The position numbers and the translations under genes were made by a program. Positions 1 through 6,715 of a DNA stretch of 39,738 nt are shown here, piece by piece. The DNA lies in assembly GCA_022763265.1 (NCBI GenBank), contig JALEGR010000020.1, positions 1 through 39,738 on the forward strand. Direction: 5' to 3'. Numbering within the stretch: position 1 is the first letter of the stretch; each line of letters opens with the position of its first letter. The notes beneath the pieces were generated by a model. The model was not told the origin of the DNA. It was given only the letters and a program-made list of their open reading frames with translations, and did not search any database. Source of the DNA: Minisyncoccota bacterium (GTDB taxonomy: Bacteria; Patescibacteriota; Minisyncoccia; Phycocordibacterales; CAJQIN01).

Positions 1-157
1 ATTCCAAATTTTACCGCATCTTTCCTTTTGTGAAGGAACCTTTGTTGACTATGAAGTGTCAACAACTCTTATTATATGTACAATCTCATTTGACATAAGA
101 AATTATTGTACTATAGTAAGTAATAGAGACTGATCTTAATCTTACAAGGAGTCAGGT

Positions 158-544
158 ATGTCCGACCATAATATGGGTAGTAAAGGTCTGATCATTTGGG
201 GTATCTGTTTTGTTCTGGTCATTGTTATTGCTACTGGGATTGAATCAATTCGAGGTTCCATCCAGGCTCAAGCAAAAACTCCTGAGCGTAGGCTTGAAAT
301 ATTTGGAGAAAATTTTGATGATCTTCACAATGGAGATCTTCTTGTGTCTGAAGAAGAAATTTTGGCTTTTTACAATTACTCCAGTCCTAATTCAATCAGG
401 TACAAGAGACCTGGTACCAGAGGTTTTTCTTCTATGTTGGCAGAAGATCTCAAAAAAGGAGGTTTTGCTGTTGTCAGAGAAGGAGAAGAGAAATACCAGG
501 AACTTGTTTTGCAGTTTTTCAAGAAAGATATCCAGAAAAGATAG
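158..544 (+). CDS. hypothetical membrane-anchored protein (128 aa)
   Basis: ORF preceded by an SD (acaaggagtcaggtATG). One N-terminal hydrophobic helix (LIIWGICFVLVIVIATGI). No recognisable domain. GC-richer style. Confidence 0.5.
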   Translation: MSDHNMGSKGLIIWGICFVLVIVIATGIESIRGSIQAQAKTPERRLEIFGENFDDLHNGDLLVSEEEILAFYNYSSPNSIRYKRPGTRGFSSMLAEDLKKGGFAVVREGEEKYQELVLQFFKKDIQKR

Positions 545-572
545 ACATAAAACTCACAGAAAGGTTCCGAAC

Positions 573-668
573 ATGGATATTACCCGTGGATTCAGAGGTT
601 TGCTGGCACTGATTTGTATTGTTACTTTCTTTGCGGCACTACTTGGTGTTGTTAGTACCATTCGGTAA
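573..668 (+). CDS. possible 31-aa single-TM micro-protein
   Basis: ATG at 573 with gaaagg 8 nt upstream. Product is MDITRGFRGLLALICIVTFFAALLGVVSTIR. A hairpin terminator follows directly. Too short to be sure. Confidence 0.3.
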   Translation: MDITRGFRGLLALICIVTFFAALLGVVSTIR

Positions 669-683
669 AGTCTAAAAACCGAT

Positions 684-705
684 CCCCGCTTTTAGCGGGG
701 TTTTT
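684..705 (+). terminator. rho-independent terminator
   Basis: CCCCGCT-ttt-AGCGGGG followed by TTTTT. Confidence 0.7.
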
Positions 706-880
706 ATATTTACATAACCCATGTTACAATTTCAGCTATGATACAAAATCATTCAGTCCTGTTTGTACTTATTAACCAACCTATTCTGTAGGGCTGACTT
801 GTGCTAATTAAATAATAACTATTACAAGCGAGCCCTAGAGGCTCGCTTTGTGTTCTTTAAACCTTTTATAGGAGATATTC

Positions 881-1045
881 ATGTCCAAAAGTATTGTTCA
901 TCAGAGACAGGGGCAAATGTATAGGGCTAAATGTCCTAAGAAAAATTGTGGTAAAATAAAAACAATTCATCACAGCCGTGTTGATAAGGCTACAACTTGT
1001 TCTTCCTGTAAGTCTCGTTTTCTACCAAGGGAACATATTTATTAG
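881..1045 (+). CDS. 54-aa zinc-ribbon-like small protein
   Basis: SD (ataggagatattcATG). Two Cys pairs, CPKKNC and CSSC. Flanked by hairpins at 827-858 and 1049-1077. Not in the supplied ORF track because it is under the size cut-off. Confidence 0.45.
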   Translation: MSKSIVHQRQGQMYRAKCPKKNCGKIKTIHHSRVDKATTCSSCKSRFLPREHIY

Positions 1046-1048
1046 GAC

Positions 1049-1077
1049 CAAAGACCCTCTACACGTGGGTCTTTTTT
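1049..1077 (+). terminator. rho-independent terminator
   Basis: AAGACCC-loop-GGGTCTT plus a T-run. Same stem sequence as the terminators at 16142 and 16858. Confidence 0.65.
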
Positions 1078-1085
1078 GATATACT
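1077..1085 (+). promoter_or_regulatory. extended -10 (TGaTATACT) 8 nt upstream of the ddl ATG, implying a leaderless or near-leaderless mRNA
   Basis: TGnTATACT motif. No SD between it and the ATG at 1094. Confidence 0.45.
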
Positions 1086-1093
1086 TTATTTAT

Positions 1094-2059
1094 ATGAGAA
1101 CTACTGTGGGAGTATTAAGGGGAGGTCCGTCTGGAGAGTATGATGTTTCTTTGAACACCGGAGCATCTATTTTGAAGTCCTTAAACGAAGAAAAATATAA
1201 TCCTGTTGATATTTTTATAGCAAAAGATGGGCAGTGGCATCTGAATGGTTTAGTAAAAGATCCAAAAGAAATTACAAAAGATGTGGACATTTTATTTAAT
1301 GCTTTGCATGGAGAGTATGGTGAAGATGGCAAGGTCCAGAAGATTCTTGAAGATCATGGTGTTAGATATACTGGTTCTAATTCTTTTGGATCTGCTATAG
1401 GTATGAACAAATATTTATCTAAGAAAGCTTTTAGATCTTTTGGTATAAAGACACCGGAGTATACTGTTGTCAGGAGAGATAATATGAATGATTCCTTGGT
1501 TAAGGAAATATTTACATCATTTCCTCAACCTTCTGTTATAAAACCGGTAAGTGGAGGATCATCTCTGGGAGTATCTATTGCAGGGACACTTGATGATTTA
1601 AAGTGTGCTTTAGAAGAGGCTTTTAAGCACAGCAATACGGTTCTTATCGAAGAGTTTATCGATGGAAAAGAAGCTACTTGCGGAGTAATTGATTCCTTCA
1701 GAGGAGAAGATGTGTATGCCTTAATGCCGTCTGAAATTATTGATAAAACAGGCTCTGATATATGGGGGTATGAATCAAAGTATAGTAATGATTTACATGA
1801 GATAAAATGTCCTGGAAACTTTACAAAGAGTGAAAAGGATTTAATTCAAATCCTGTCAAAAGAGGCACATAAGTCACTAGGTCTAAGACATTATTCCAGA
1901 TCTGATTTCATGGTTCACCCTAAAAGAGGTATTTATATACTTGAAGTAAATACATTACCTGGTCTCACGGAGACTTCTCTTTTCCCACATGCCCTCAATT
2001 CCCTAGGCATTAGTTTACCTGAGTTTATAGATCACACTATTTCTCTTGCTTTATCTTGA
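1094..2059 (+). CDS. ddl: D-alanine--D-alanine ligase
   Basis: ATP-grasp Ddl signatures: VGVLRGGPSGEYDVS, HGEYGEDGKVQKILEDHGVRYTGS, LEVNTLPGLT. Start moved to the internal ATG at 1094 (MRTTVGVL). Confidence 0.9.
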   Translation: MRTTVGVLRGGPSGEYDVSLNTGASILKSLNEEKYNPVDIFIAKDGQWHLNGLVKDPKEITKDVDILFNALHGEYGEDGKVQKILEDHGVRYTGSNSFGSAIGMNKYLSKKAFRSFGIKTPEYTVVRRDNMNDSLVKEIFTSFPQPSVIKPVSGGSSLGVSIAGTLDDLKCALEEAFKHSNTVLIEEFIDGKEATCGVIDSFRGEDVYALMPSEIIDKTGSDIWGYESKYSNDLHEIKCPGNFTKSEKDLIQILSKEAHKSLGLRHYSRSDFMVHPKRGIYILEVNTLPGLTETSLFPHALNSLGISLPEFIDHTISLALS

Positions 2060-2085
2060 GGTTTAGGTACAATTTCTTTCTGTAC

Positions 2086-2162
2086 GGGCCAGTAGCTCAG
2101 TTGGCTAGAGCGCCTCACTTGCACTGAGGAGGTCGGGGGTTCGATTCCTCTCTGGTCCACCA
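2086..2162 (+). tRNA. tRNA-Ala (anticodon UGC), CCA encoded
   Basis: Cloverleaf folded by hand. Acceptor GGGCCAG/CTGGTCC with the G3:U70 alanine identity pair. Anticodon loop CTTGCAC. T-arm GGGGGTTCGATTCCTCT. Confidence 0.9.
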
Positions 2163-2268
2163 AAGTTAAATTGGAAGAAATGTATTGCCGATTCATCTCG
2201 TAAATACAACCTAGAGGAGTGGTTCGAAAATCCTTAACATTCAAGTGATTTTGTGGTATATATGTTTC

Positions 2269-2404
2269 GGAACCCTGGCACGACGTCAGGACCACAAACC
2301 CTAAAACCCCTAAATCGGGGAAAGGATAAAGAGGCGGTAGCGTAGATCATCTGTCTTTCAATAACACACTGCACCCCTGACTTCGGTCTCGGGTGCAGTT
2401 TTTT
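2269..2404 (+). ncRNA. candidate ~135-nt orphan transcript or leader of unknown class
   Basis: Extended -10 TGgTATATA (2254-2262), then a strong terminator at 2369-2404: CTGCACCC..GAC-UUCG-GUC..GGGTGCAG plus T6. Internal hairpin CCCC-taaatc-GGGG. Only a 27-codon SD-less ORF lies inside. Confidence 0.25.
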
Positions 2405-2518
2405 CATTAGAAGATCATTATTCTCCAAGATGATGATAGTAAACATCCGGTTAGTTGATACCTCCATTACTTAGGTGATTCCAAGGTGTTGCAAAAGTAT
2501 TGAAACATTACGCACCTA

Positions 2519-2547
2519 TTGACATGCAAACATATTTGTGCATAATA
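2519..2547 (+). promoter_or_regulatory. sigma70-type promoter TTGACA-17-ATAATA
   Basis: Exact TTGACA at 2519-2524 and ATAATA at 2542-2547, about 40 nt upstream of the channel gene start. Confidence 0.6.
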
Positions 2548-2588
2548 TTTTGCAGATCTGTAATCTTAAAAAGAAAGTGAGGTAAGAC

Positions 2589-3638
2589 TTGATCTTCTTC
2601 CAGAGGCTGCTTTGGTATTTGAGTCGATTCAGTACACTTTCCTTGATTGTGACATGCACTGTCCTTTTTTTTGGAGGATGGATGCTCATGGCATATTTTG
2701 AGGGTCCTGAATGTGGCTTCGTATCACCAGATGTCTTTTGGTGGTTTTTTATTGTCACTGGTACTACGGTTGGATATGGAGATTTCTCGCCAGTAACACT
2801 CGGTGGCAGGGTCACTGCTGCAATCATTATGATGGGTGGTATCGGTATATTTGCCGCCATTGTTGCAAAAATTACAGAACGAACAATCCAGTTCACACAA
2901 AGGAGAAACAAAGGCATGATCAATCTTCATATGAAGGGGCATGTAGTCATCTTTGGATATCGTGGTAAGGAAACTTCTCAGCTTGTCCGGGAACTTAGCG
3001 CTGATTCCGAAGGGGGTAGCGTGAAAATTGTCTTGTGTTCTGAAAACACAACTGAAAATCCTTTGAGTGGGGAAGCAGAATTTGTTAGTGGAGAGTTGAC
3101 GAGTGACGATGTTCTTGAAAGGGCCTGTGTGAATGATGCCAGGGGTGTAATTATCTATGGCAGAGATGATGCACAGACTCTAGCAGTTGGTATCGCAGTC
3201 AACAATGCCATGAAGAATGGTGCACATATTGTTGCCTATTTCGCACAGTCAGAAAATGCCATCCATCTGAAGAGGGTCAACTCAAAAATTGAGTGTGTAA
3301 CTGCTTTGTCGGTCCCACTTCTTGTTCAGGCCGTTCAGGATCCTGGCTCAACTGAGTCTATTGGAATTCTTGTAAGTAATCTTGATACTCAATGTACTCA
3401 ATACAGATTAAATCTTCCCACAACAATGGGGAGGGTCTTCTATGGTGAGTTGATGATCGCTCTCAAGAAGCGCTTCAATGCAACCATTATTGGTGTTGCT
3501 CGCTCTCATGACCACAATGCACAGGTTTGCCTTAATCTGGACGACAGTGTACAAGTTATTGGCGGTATGTCAGTTTTTTATATCGCCAAGTCACGCCTTA
3601 GTGTCGACCAGGTTGTTTCGTTAGTTAACGGTGCCTGA
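2589..3638 (+). CDS. two-TM potassium channel with C-terminal RCK/TrkA-N-like domain
   Basis: Selectivity filter TVGYGD (nt 2766-2783) sits between two hydrophobic helices. A Rossmann-like VVIFGYRGKETSQLVREL follows. TTG start lies 6 nt after the SD aagtgagg; the first in-frame ATG would delete TM1. Confidence 0.8.
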   Translation: MIFFQRLLWYLSRFSTLSLIVTCTVLFFGGWMLMAYFEGPECGFVSPDVFWWFFIVTGTTVGYGDFSPVTLGGRVTAAIIMMGGIGIFAAIVAKITERTIQFTQRRNKGMINLHMKGHVVIFGYRGKETSQLVRELSADSEGGSVKIVLCSENTTENPLSGEAEFVSGELTSDDVLERACVNDARGVIIYGRDDAQTLAVGIAVNNAMKNGAHIVAYFAQSENAIHLKRVNSKIECVTALSVPLLVQAVQDPGSTESIGILVSNLDTQCTQYRLNLPTTMGRVFYGELMIALKKRFNATIIGVARSHDHNAQVCLNLDDSVQVIGGMSVFYIAKSRLSVDQVVSLVNGA

Positions 3639-3654
3639 TTTACACAATCTTTCT

Positions 3655-3686
3655 AGCCGCTCGACATATGTCGAGCGGCTTCTTTT
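3655..3686 (+). terminator. rho-independent terminator (26-nt perfect palindrome)
   Basis: AGCCGCTCGACAT|ATGTCGAGCGGCT followed by tctttt. Confidence 0.75.
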
Positions 3687-3690
3687 AATA

Positions 3691-3719
3691 TTGACAAATA
3701 GGCATAAATTTGTTAATAT
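3691..3719 (+). promoter_or_regulatory. sigma70-type promoter TTGACA-17-TAATAT
   Basis: Exact -35 at 3691-3696 and -10 at 3714-3719, upstream of the 3780-8332 gene string. Confidence 0.6.
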
Positions 3720-3779
3720 CGCGAAGGAAATTTTGTTTTTTGACAACACAATCCTTACAAATGAAAGGAAGGAAAACGG

Positions 3780-4277
3780 ATGAAGTTGCTAATCTTTCTT
3801 GCAGTGATCGGAGCTATTGCTTTTGTTGTATACAAGTTGTCCGTAAAAAAGAAAGCCAATCCTGTTCAGGAGAAGGATCCAGTTAATGAACCTGAAGACA
3901 AGACAGTTGAAAACATTAGTATTCTTCAGGATCTCAATCTTCATGTTAGGAAGCATAGTCTTCCTGAATGTGTAATCCAGTCATTTGAATCTGTTGTTGA
4001 CTCTCTTCGAAGCTTGCTTCCGAGGGTTAACTCGGAACGTCCGAGCATGGATATTGTCTGGGTGGTGAATCGCATTGCGAATAAACATCTCCCGGAAATT
4101 ACTATGCGGTTTGTTTCCTTGTCTTGCGATGCACAAAACAGTAGTGCCAATCAGTTCATGAGTTCTATGAATGAACTTGATAAGGAACTGGGCGACATCA
4201 ACGACATTCTCGATTCACAAGACCAGCAGTTGTTTACGAATAAGGCGGAGTTTATCCGTCGTCGTTACGCACTTTAA
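3780..4277 (+). CDS. membrane-anchored helical protein, XpaC-like by position and architecture
   Basis: SD gaaaggaagg. N-terminal TM (LLIFLAVIGAIAFVVY) and a helical C-terminus. Lies directly upstream of a TelA-like gene, as xpaC does with yaaN in B. subtilis (from memory). Family assignment is unverified. Confidence 0.35.
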   Translation: MKLLIFLAVIGAIAFVVYKLSVKKKANPVQEKDPVNEPEDKTVENISILQDLNLHVRKHSLPECVIQSFESVVDSLRSLLPRVNSERPSMDIVWVVNRIANKHLPEITMRFVSLSCDAQNSSANQFMSSMNELDKELGDINDILDSQDQQLFTNKAEFIRRRYAL

Positions 4278-4316
4278 CCAACAACCAAACTTATCATTTC
4301 AGGAAAGGAACAAAAC

Positions 4317-5474
4317 ATGAGCAGTGAAGATAAACGAGAAGAAAAAACTGTTGCTGTAATTGTTAAGCCCAAGGGGCTTGATGAAGCTCAGGAACAGGAG
4401 CTGATCAGTGAAGCCGATAAAGTTGTCCAGATGGTTTTGAGTAACCCTCAGGACAGACAGTTGCCTGATAAGATCCAGGCTATTGGCCGCGATGCCCAAG
4501 AAGGGGCAAGTCGCAAAATTCAACTTCTGGATGCTCGACTTGGTAGTCTAATGAGTGATGCAACGGATGACGAATCCAAAATAACCCAGGGTCTGATTGA
4601 TCTTCGTGTTAAAATGGATCAGATTAATCCTCATACACTCGGCAAGCCTCCGGTGATTGTCCAGAAGTTTCCGTTCCTTACACCTTTTTGGAGTGCTTTG
4701 GGTCTTTTGCCCAATGCTAGGACGGTTTTGACCAAGATCAAGGCGCGTCATCAGACCGTTAAGACTAGTTTGGACTCGATCATTGAAGGTCTTTTTGCCG
4801 GAAAAGATGTTCTCTTGGAGGACATTGTTGAGCTGGAAGCCTTGTACCAAGGTGTACAAGTCCACCAAGCTGATATTCAGCAAAAGGCTTATGTTTGCGA
4901 TATGATTATGGAAGCACTTGACGAAAAGTCAAAGACAGCTGGAGACGAACTTGATAAGCAGCGCATTTCGATGCTTCTGCATCAAGTTGCGACAAAGGCC
5001 CAAGACTTGCGTACCATGGAGCAGGCGAATGAGCAATTCTTTGTCTCCCTGGACATGACGATCGAGGGTAATCGAACGCTTTCCGGACAAATTGATCGGG
5101 TAGCTACGGTTACCAGGGCCTTGTTGGCAATTGGTATTGCTATCACTGCCGCACTTCAAAGGCAACGTAAGGTTGCTGGTGCAGTTCAAGCAGGTCAAGA
5201 TTACGCTGGTGATCTTCTGGTGAATAACGCCAGTAACGTACGTACCCAAAGTGTGCAGATTGCTGAAATGGCAAATAATCCAGTTATTGCAATCGCTAAG
5301 GCACAAGAGGCTCATGATAACCTTGCTGCTGCTATTGAAGAGACTGAACAGGTTCGTAACAGTGGTCTTGTCAAGGCTCGTGAGTCAATTGCGGCTCTCA
5401 AGTCCATGAACAGTACTCTGGCACCCAAGCGACAAGCATTGCATGATACAACGCAAAACCGTATTGGGGGATAA
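4317..5474 (+). CDS. TelA-like (toxic anion resistance family) protein, 385 aa
   Basis: Length and all-helical layout match TelA/YaaN. It follows the family pattern from the N-terminal acidic region, through ...KIQLLDARLGSLM...LIDLRVKMDQINP..., to the C-terminal ...NLAAAIEETEQVRNSG.... Recognition is from memory of YaaN, not a search. Confidence 0.6.
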   Translation: MSSEDKREEKTVAVIVKPKGLDEAQEQELISEADKVVQMVLSNPQDRQLPDKIQAIGRDAQEGASRKIQLLDARLGSLMSDATDDESKITQGLIDLRVKMDQINPHTLGKPPVIVQKFPFLTPFWSALGLLPNARTVLTKIKARHQTVKTSLDSIIEGLFAGKDVLLEDIVELEALYQGVQVHQADIQQKAYVCDMIMEALDEKSKTAGDELDKQRISMLLHQVATKAQDLRTMEQANEQFFVSLDMTIEGNRTLSGQIDRVATVTRALLAIGIAITAALQRQRKVAGAVQAGQDYAGDLLVNNASNVRTQSVQIAEMANNPVIAIAKAQEAHDNLAAAIEETEQVRNSGLVKARESIAALKSMNSTLAPKRQALHDTTQNRIGG

Positions 5475-5509
5475 GTTTCTAAACCAAACCATCAAAAGAA
5501 GGAGGTTCC

Positions 5510-6148
5510 ATGCTTCAAACAGCTGAACCGGTAAGCACTACTAAATCCTTTGATCGGATTCGTCGTCTCCAAAAGCCTTTGAGCAAAGAGGAGGCGGTGA
5601 ATGCCACGATTAAGGACATCAAGAAGGGTGGTTTCTTGGAATTCCAAGGTACCACTTACGAAGTTATTTCTGTCGGCTTGTATACCGAAACCAACAAAGA
5701 CTATTCCCAGAAAAAGAAATTCTTCAGTGTTGAGCTTGAACTCGTGGATGTCATGAGTGGCAAGACGCTTTGGATGGAATGGGAAGAAGACGATGAGGTT
5801 GAAATCTGTGTCTCTCAGAGCCGTCATTCTCTGCGTGAAGTTAGGAATGAGGACGGCGACGTCATTAGTGACCCCTGGGATTATACCGACGAGGGCGAAT
5901 GTCTAGTTTTCCAAGGTATATCCTATTGGTACGATGATGATTGGCCTTCTGTGTACAAACGCGAAGGTCAGGATGATGAAGACAAGGTATACATGCATGA
6001 CTTTGAGTCCGAAAATGGCACATGTCTTTCCATTGAGAAGTGGATTGACGATGATGACACTTGTGAATTTCAGGTCTATGTATCAAAAAATGTCAGAGCC
6101 AGTGAGATCCAGATCTTACAGATCGGAGATCAAAATGGTGGCCAGTGA
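5510..6148 (+). CDS. DUF4178-like protein
   Basis: SD gaaggagg. Matches the remembered family pattern: KKGGFLEFQGTTYEVISVGLY ... WMEWEEDDEVEI ... FQGISYWYDD ... CLSIEKW ... EIQIL. Unverified without an HMM. Confidence 0.45.
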   Translation: MLQTAEPVSTTKSFDRIRRLQKPLSKEEAVNATIKDIKKGGFLEFQGTTYEVISVGLYTETNKDYSQKKKFFSVELELVDVMSGKTLWMEWEEDDEVEICVSQSRHSLREVRNEDGDVISDPWDYTDEGECLVFQGISYWYDDDWPSVYKREGQDDEDKVYMHDFESENGTCLSIEKWIDDDDTCEFQVYVSKNVRASEIQILQIGDQNGGQ

Positions 6149-6692
6149 AATCTACGTTGACCAGAGTGCTACAGAGCTTAGGCTGACAGCATGTACTGGT
6201 GTTGTGGATACTAGGCAATTCAATGTTCTTGAATCAGGCAAGATTAACAGTCAAGACTGGGTTTTGGAGTTTGGGATTATTGGCGGAAGCCACTTCTTCA
6301 TTCTCTATGGCCCAGAAAATACGATCTTATCTGAAGTCTTTGCTTGTACGACAGTTGATCCTTGTGGCAGAATCCTTTTCCAGGGTGACCCGCGTGGTTC
6401 AGCTAATATGACATTCCCGATTCAAAAACTCGTTTACAGCTTCCAGTATCATCTTATTACTAACTGGGAGATTGCAGACCAAGTCATAAGGGAAATGGAA
6501 AGTGGTGCCTCTGGTAAGTCAGACAGGCTAGTTCTACTAGCACATGACTTCCCTCATAATCCTGAAGATACTCGTGTCCCCAAGACCATTGTGGAAGCGA
6601 GAGCTGATTCTTTGGGTCTAAAGATTCGAACTATACACTCATATCCACAGGAGGATATGCTTGTGCAAACAATTTCACGTGTAAACCTTTAA
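6135..6692 (+). CDS. hypothetical protein (185 aa), positionally equivalent to DUF2617 in actinobacterial DUF4178/DUF350/SpeE loci
   Basis: The ATG at 6135 is preceded by ggagat and overlaps the upstream stop by 14 nt. The longer 5934 start would run through the preceding gene. Confidence 0.5.
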   Translation: MVASEIYVDQSATELRLTACTGVVDTRQFNVLESGKINSQDWVLEFGIIGGSHFFILYGPENTILSEVFACTTVDPCGRILFQGDPRGSANMTFPIQKLVYSFQYHLITNWEIADQVIREMESGASGKSDRLVLLAHDFPHNPEDTRVPKTIVEARADSLGLKIRTIHSYPQEDMLVQTISRVNL

Positions 6693-6715
6693 CAAAAAAG
6701 AAGGAGGTATATCTT

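Noticed and set aside
210-668. 152-aa ORF overlapping 158..544 in another frame
   Set aside because: It overlaps a better-supported gene, which has an SD and a TM helix, almost entirely. Only its last 32 codons (573..668) look like a possible separate micro-ORF.
738-858. Leaderless 17-codon mini-ORF (MIQNHSVLFVLINQPIL) downstream of an extended -10 (TGtTACAAT, 722-730) and upstream of a hairpin (827-858)
   Set aside because: The signals are suggestive but the ORF is tiny and the hairpin has a poor T-tract. This cannot be distinguished from chance without expression or conservation data.
2208-2235. tRNA T-loop-like fragment (ggagtggttcgaaaatcc) as a possible att-site duplicate of the tRNA-Ala 3' end
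   Set aside because: The match to GGTTCGATTCC is short and degenerate, and no corresponding copy sits at the right island boundary. It is too weak to call an attachment site.
2296-2320. Telomere-like ACCCTAAA/ACCCCTAAA tandem
   Set aside because: There are only two imperfect copies, which is within chance. It is treated as part of the orphan transcript, not as a repeat feature.
2032-2467. Minus-strand ORFs 2032..2295 and 2234..2467
   Set aside because: The first runs antisense through tRNA-Ala. Neither has initiation signals. Both lie in the non-coding spacer.
5934-6134. N-terminal 67-codon extension of the 5934..6692 ORF
   Set aside because: The extension lies wholly inside the DUF4178-like gene in another frame. 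The internal ATG at 6135 has its own SD, so the start was reset.
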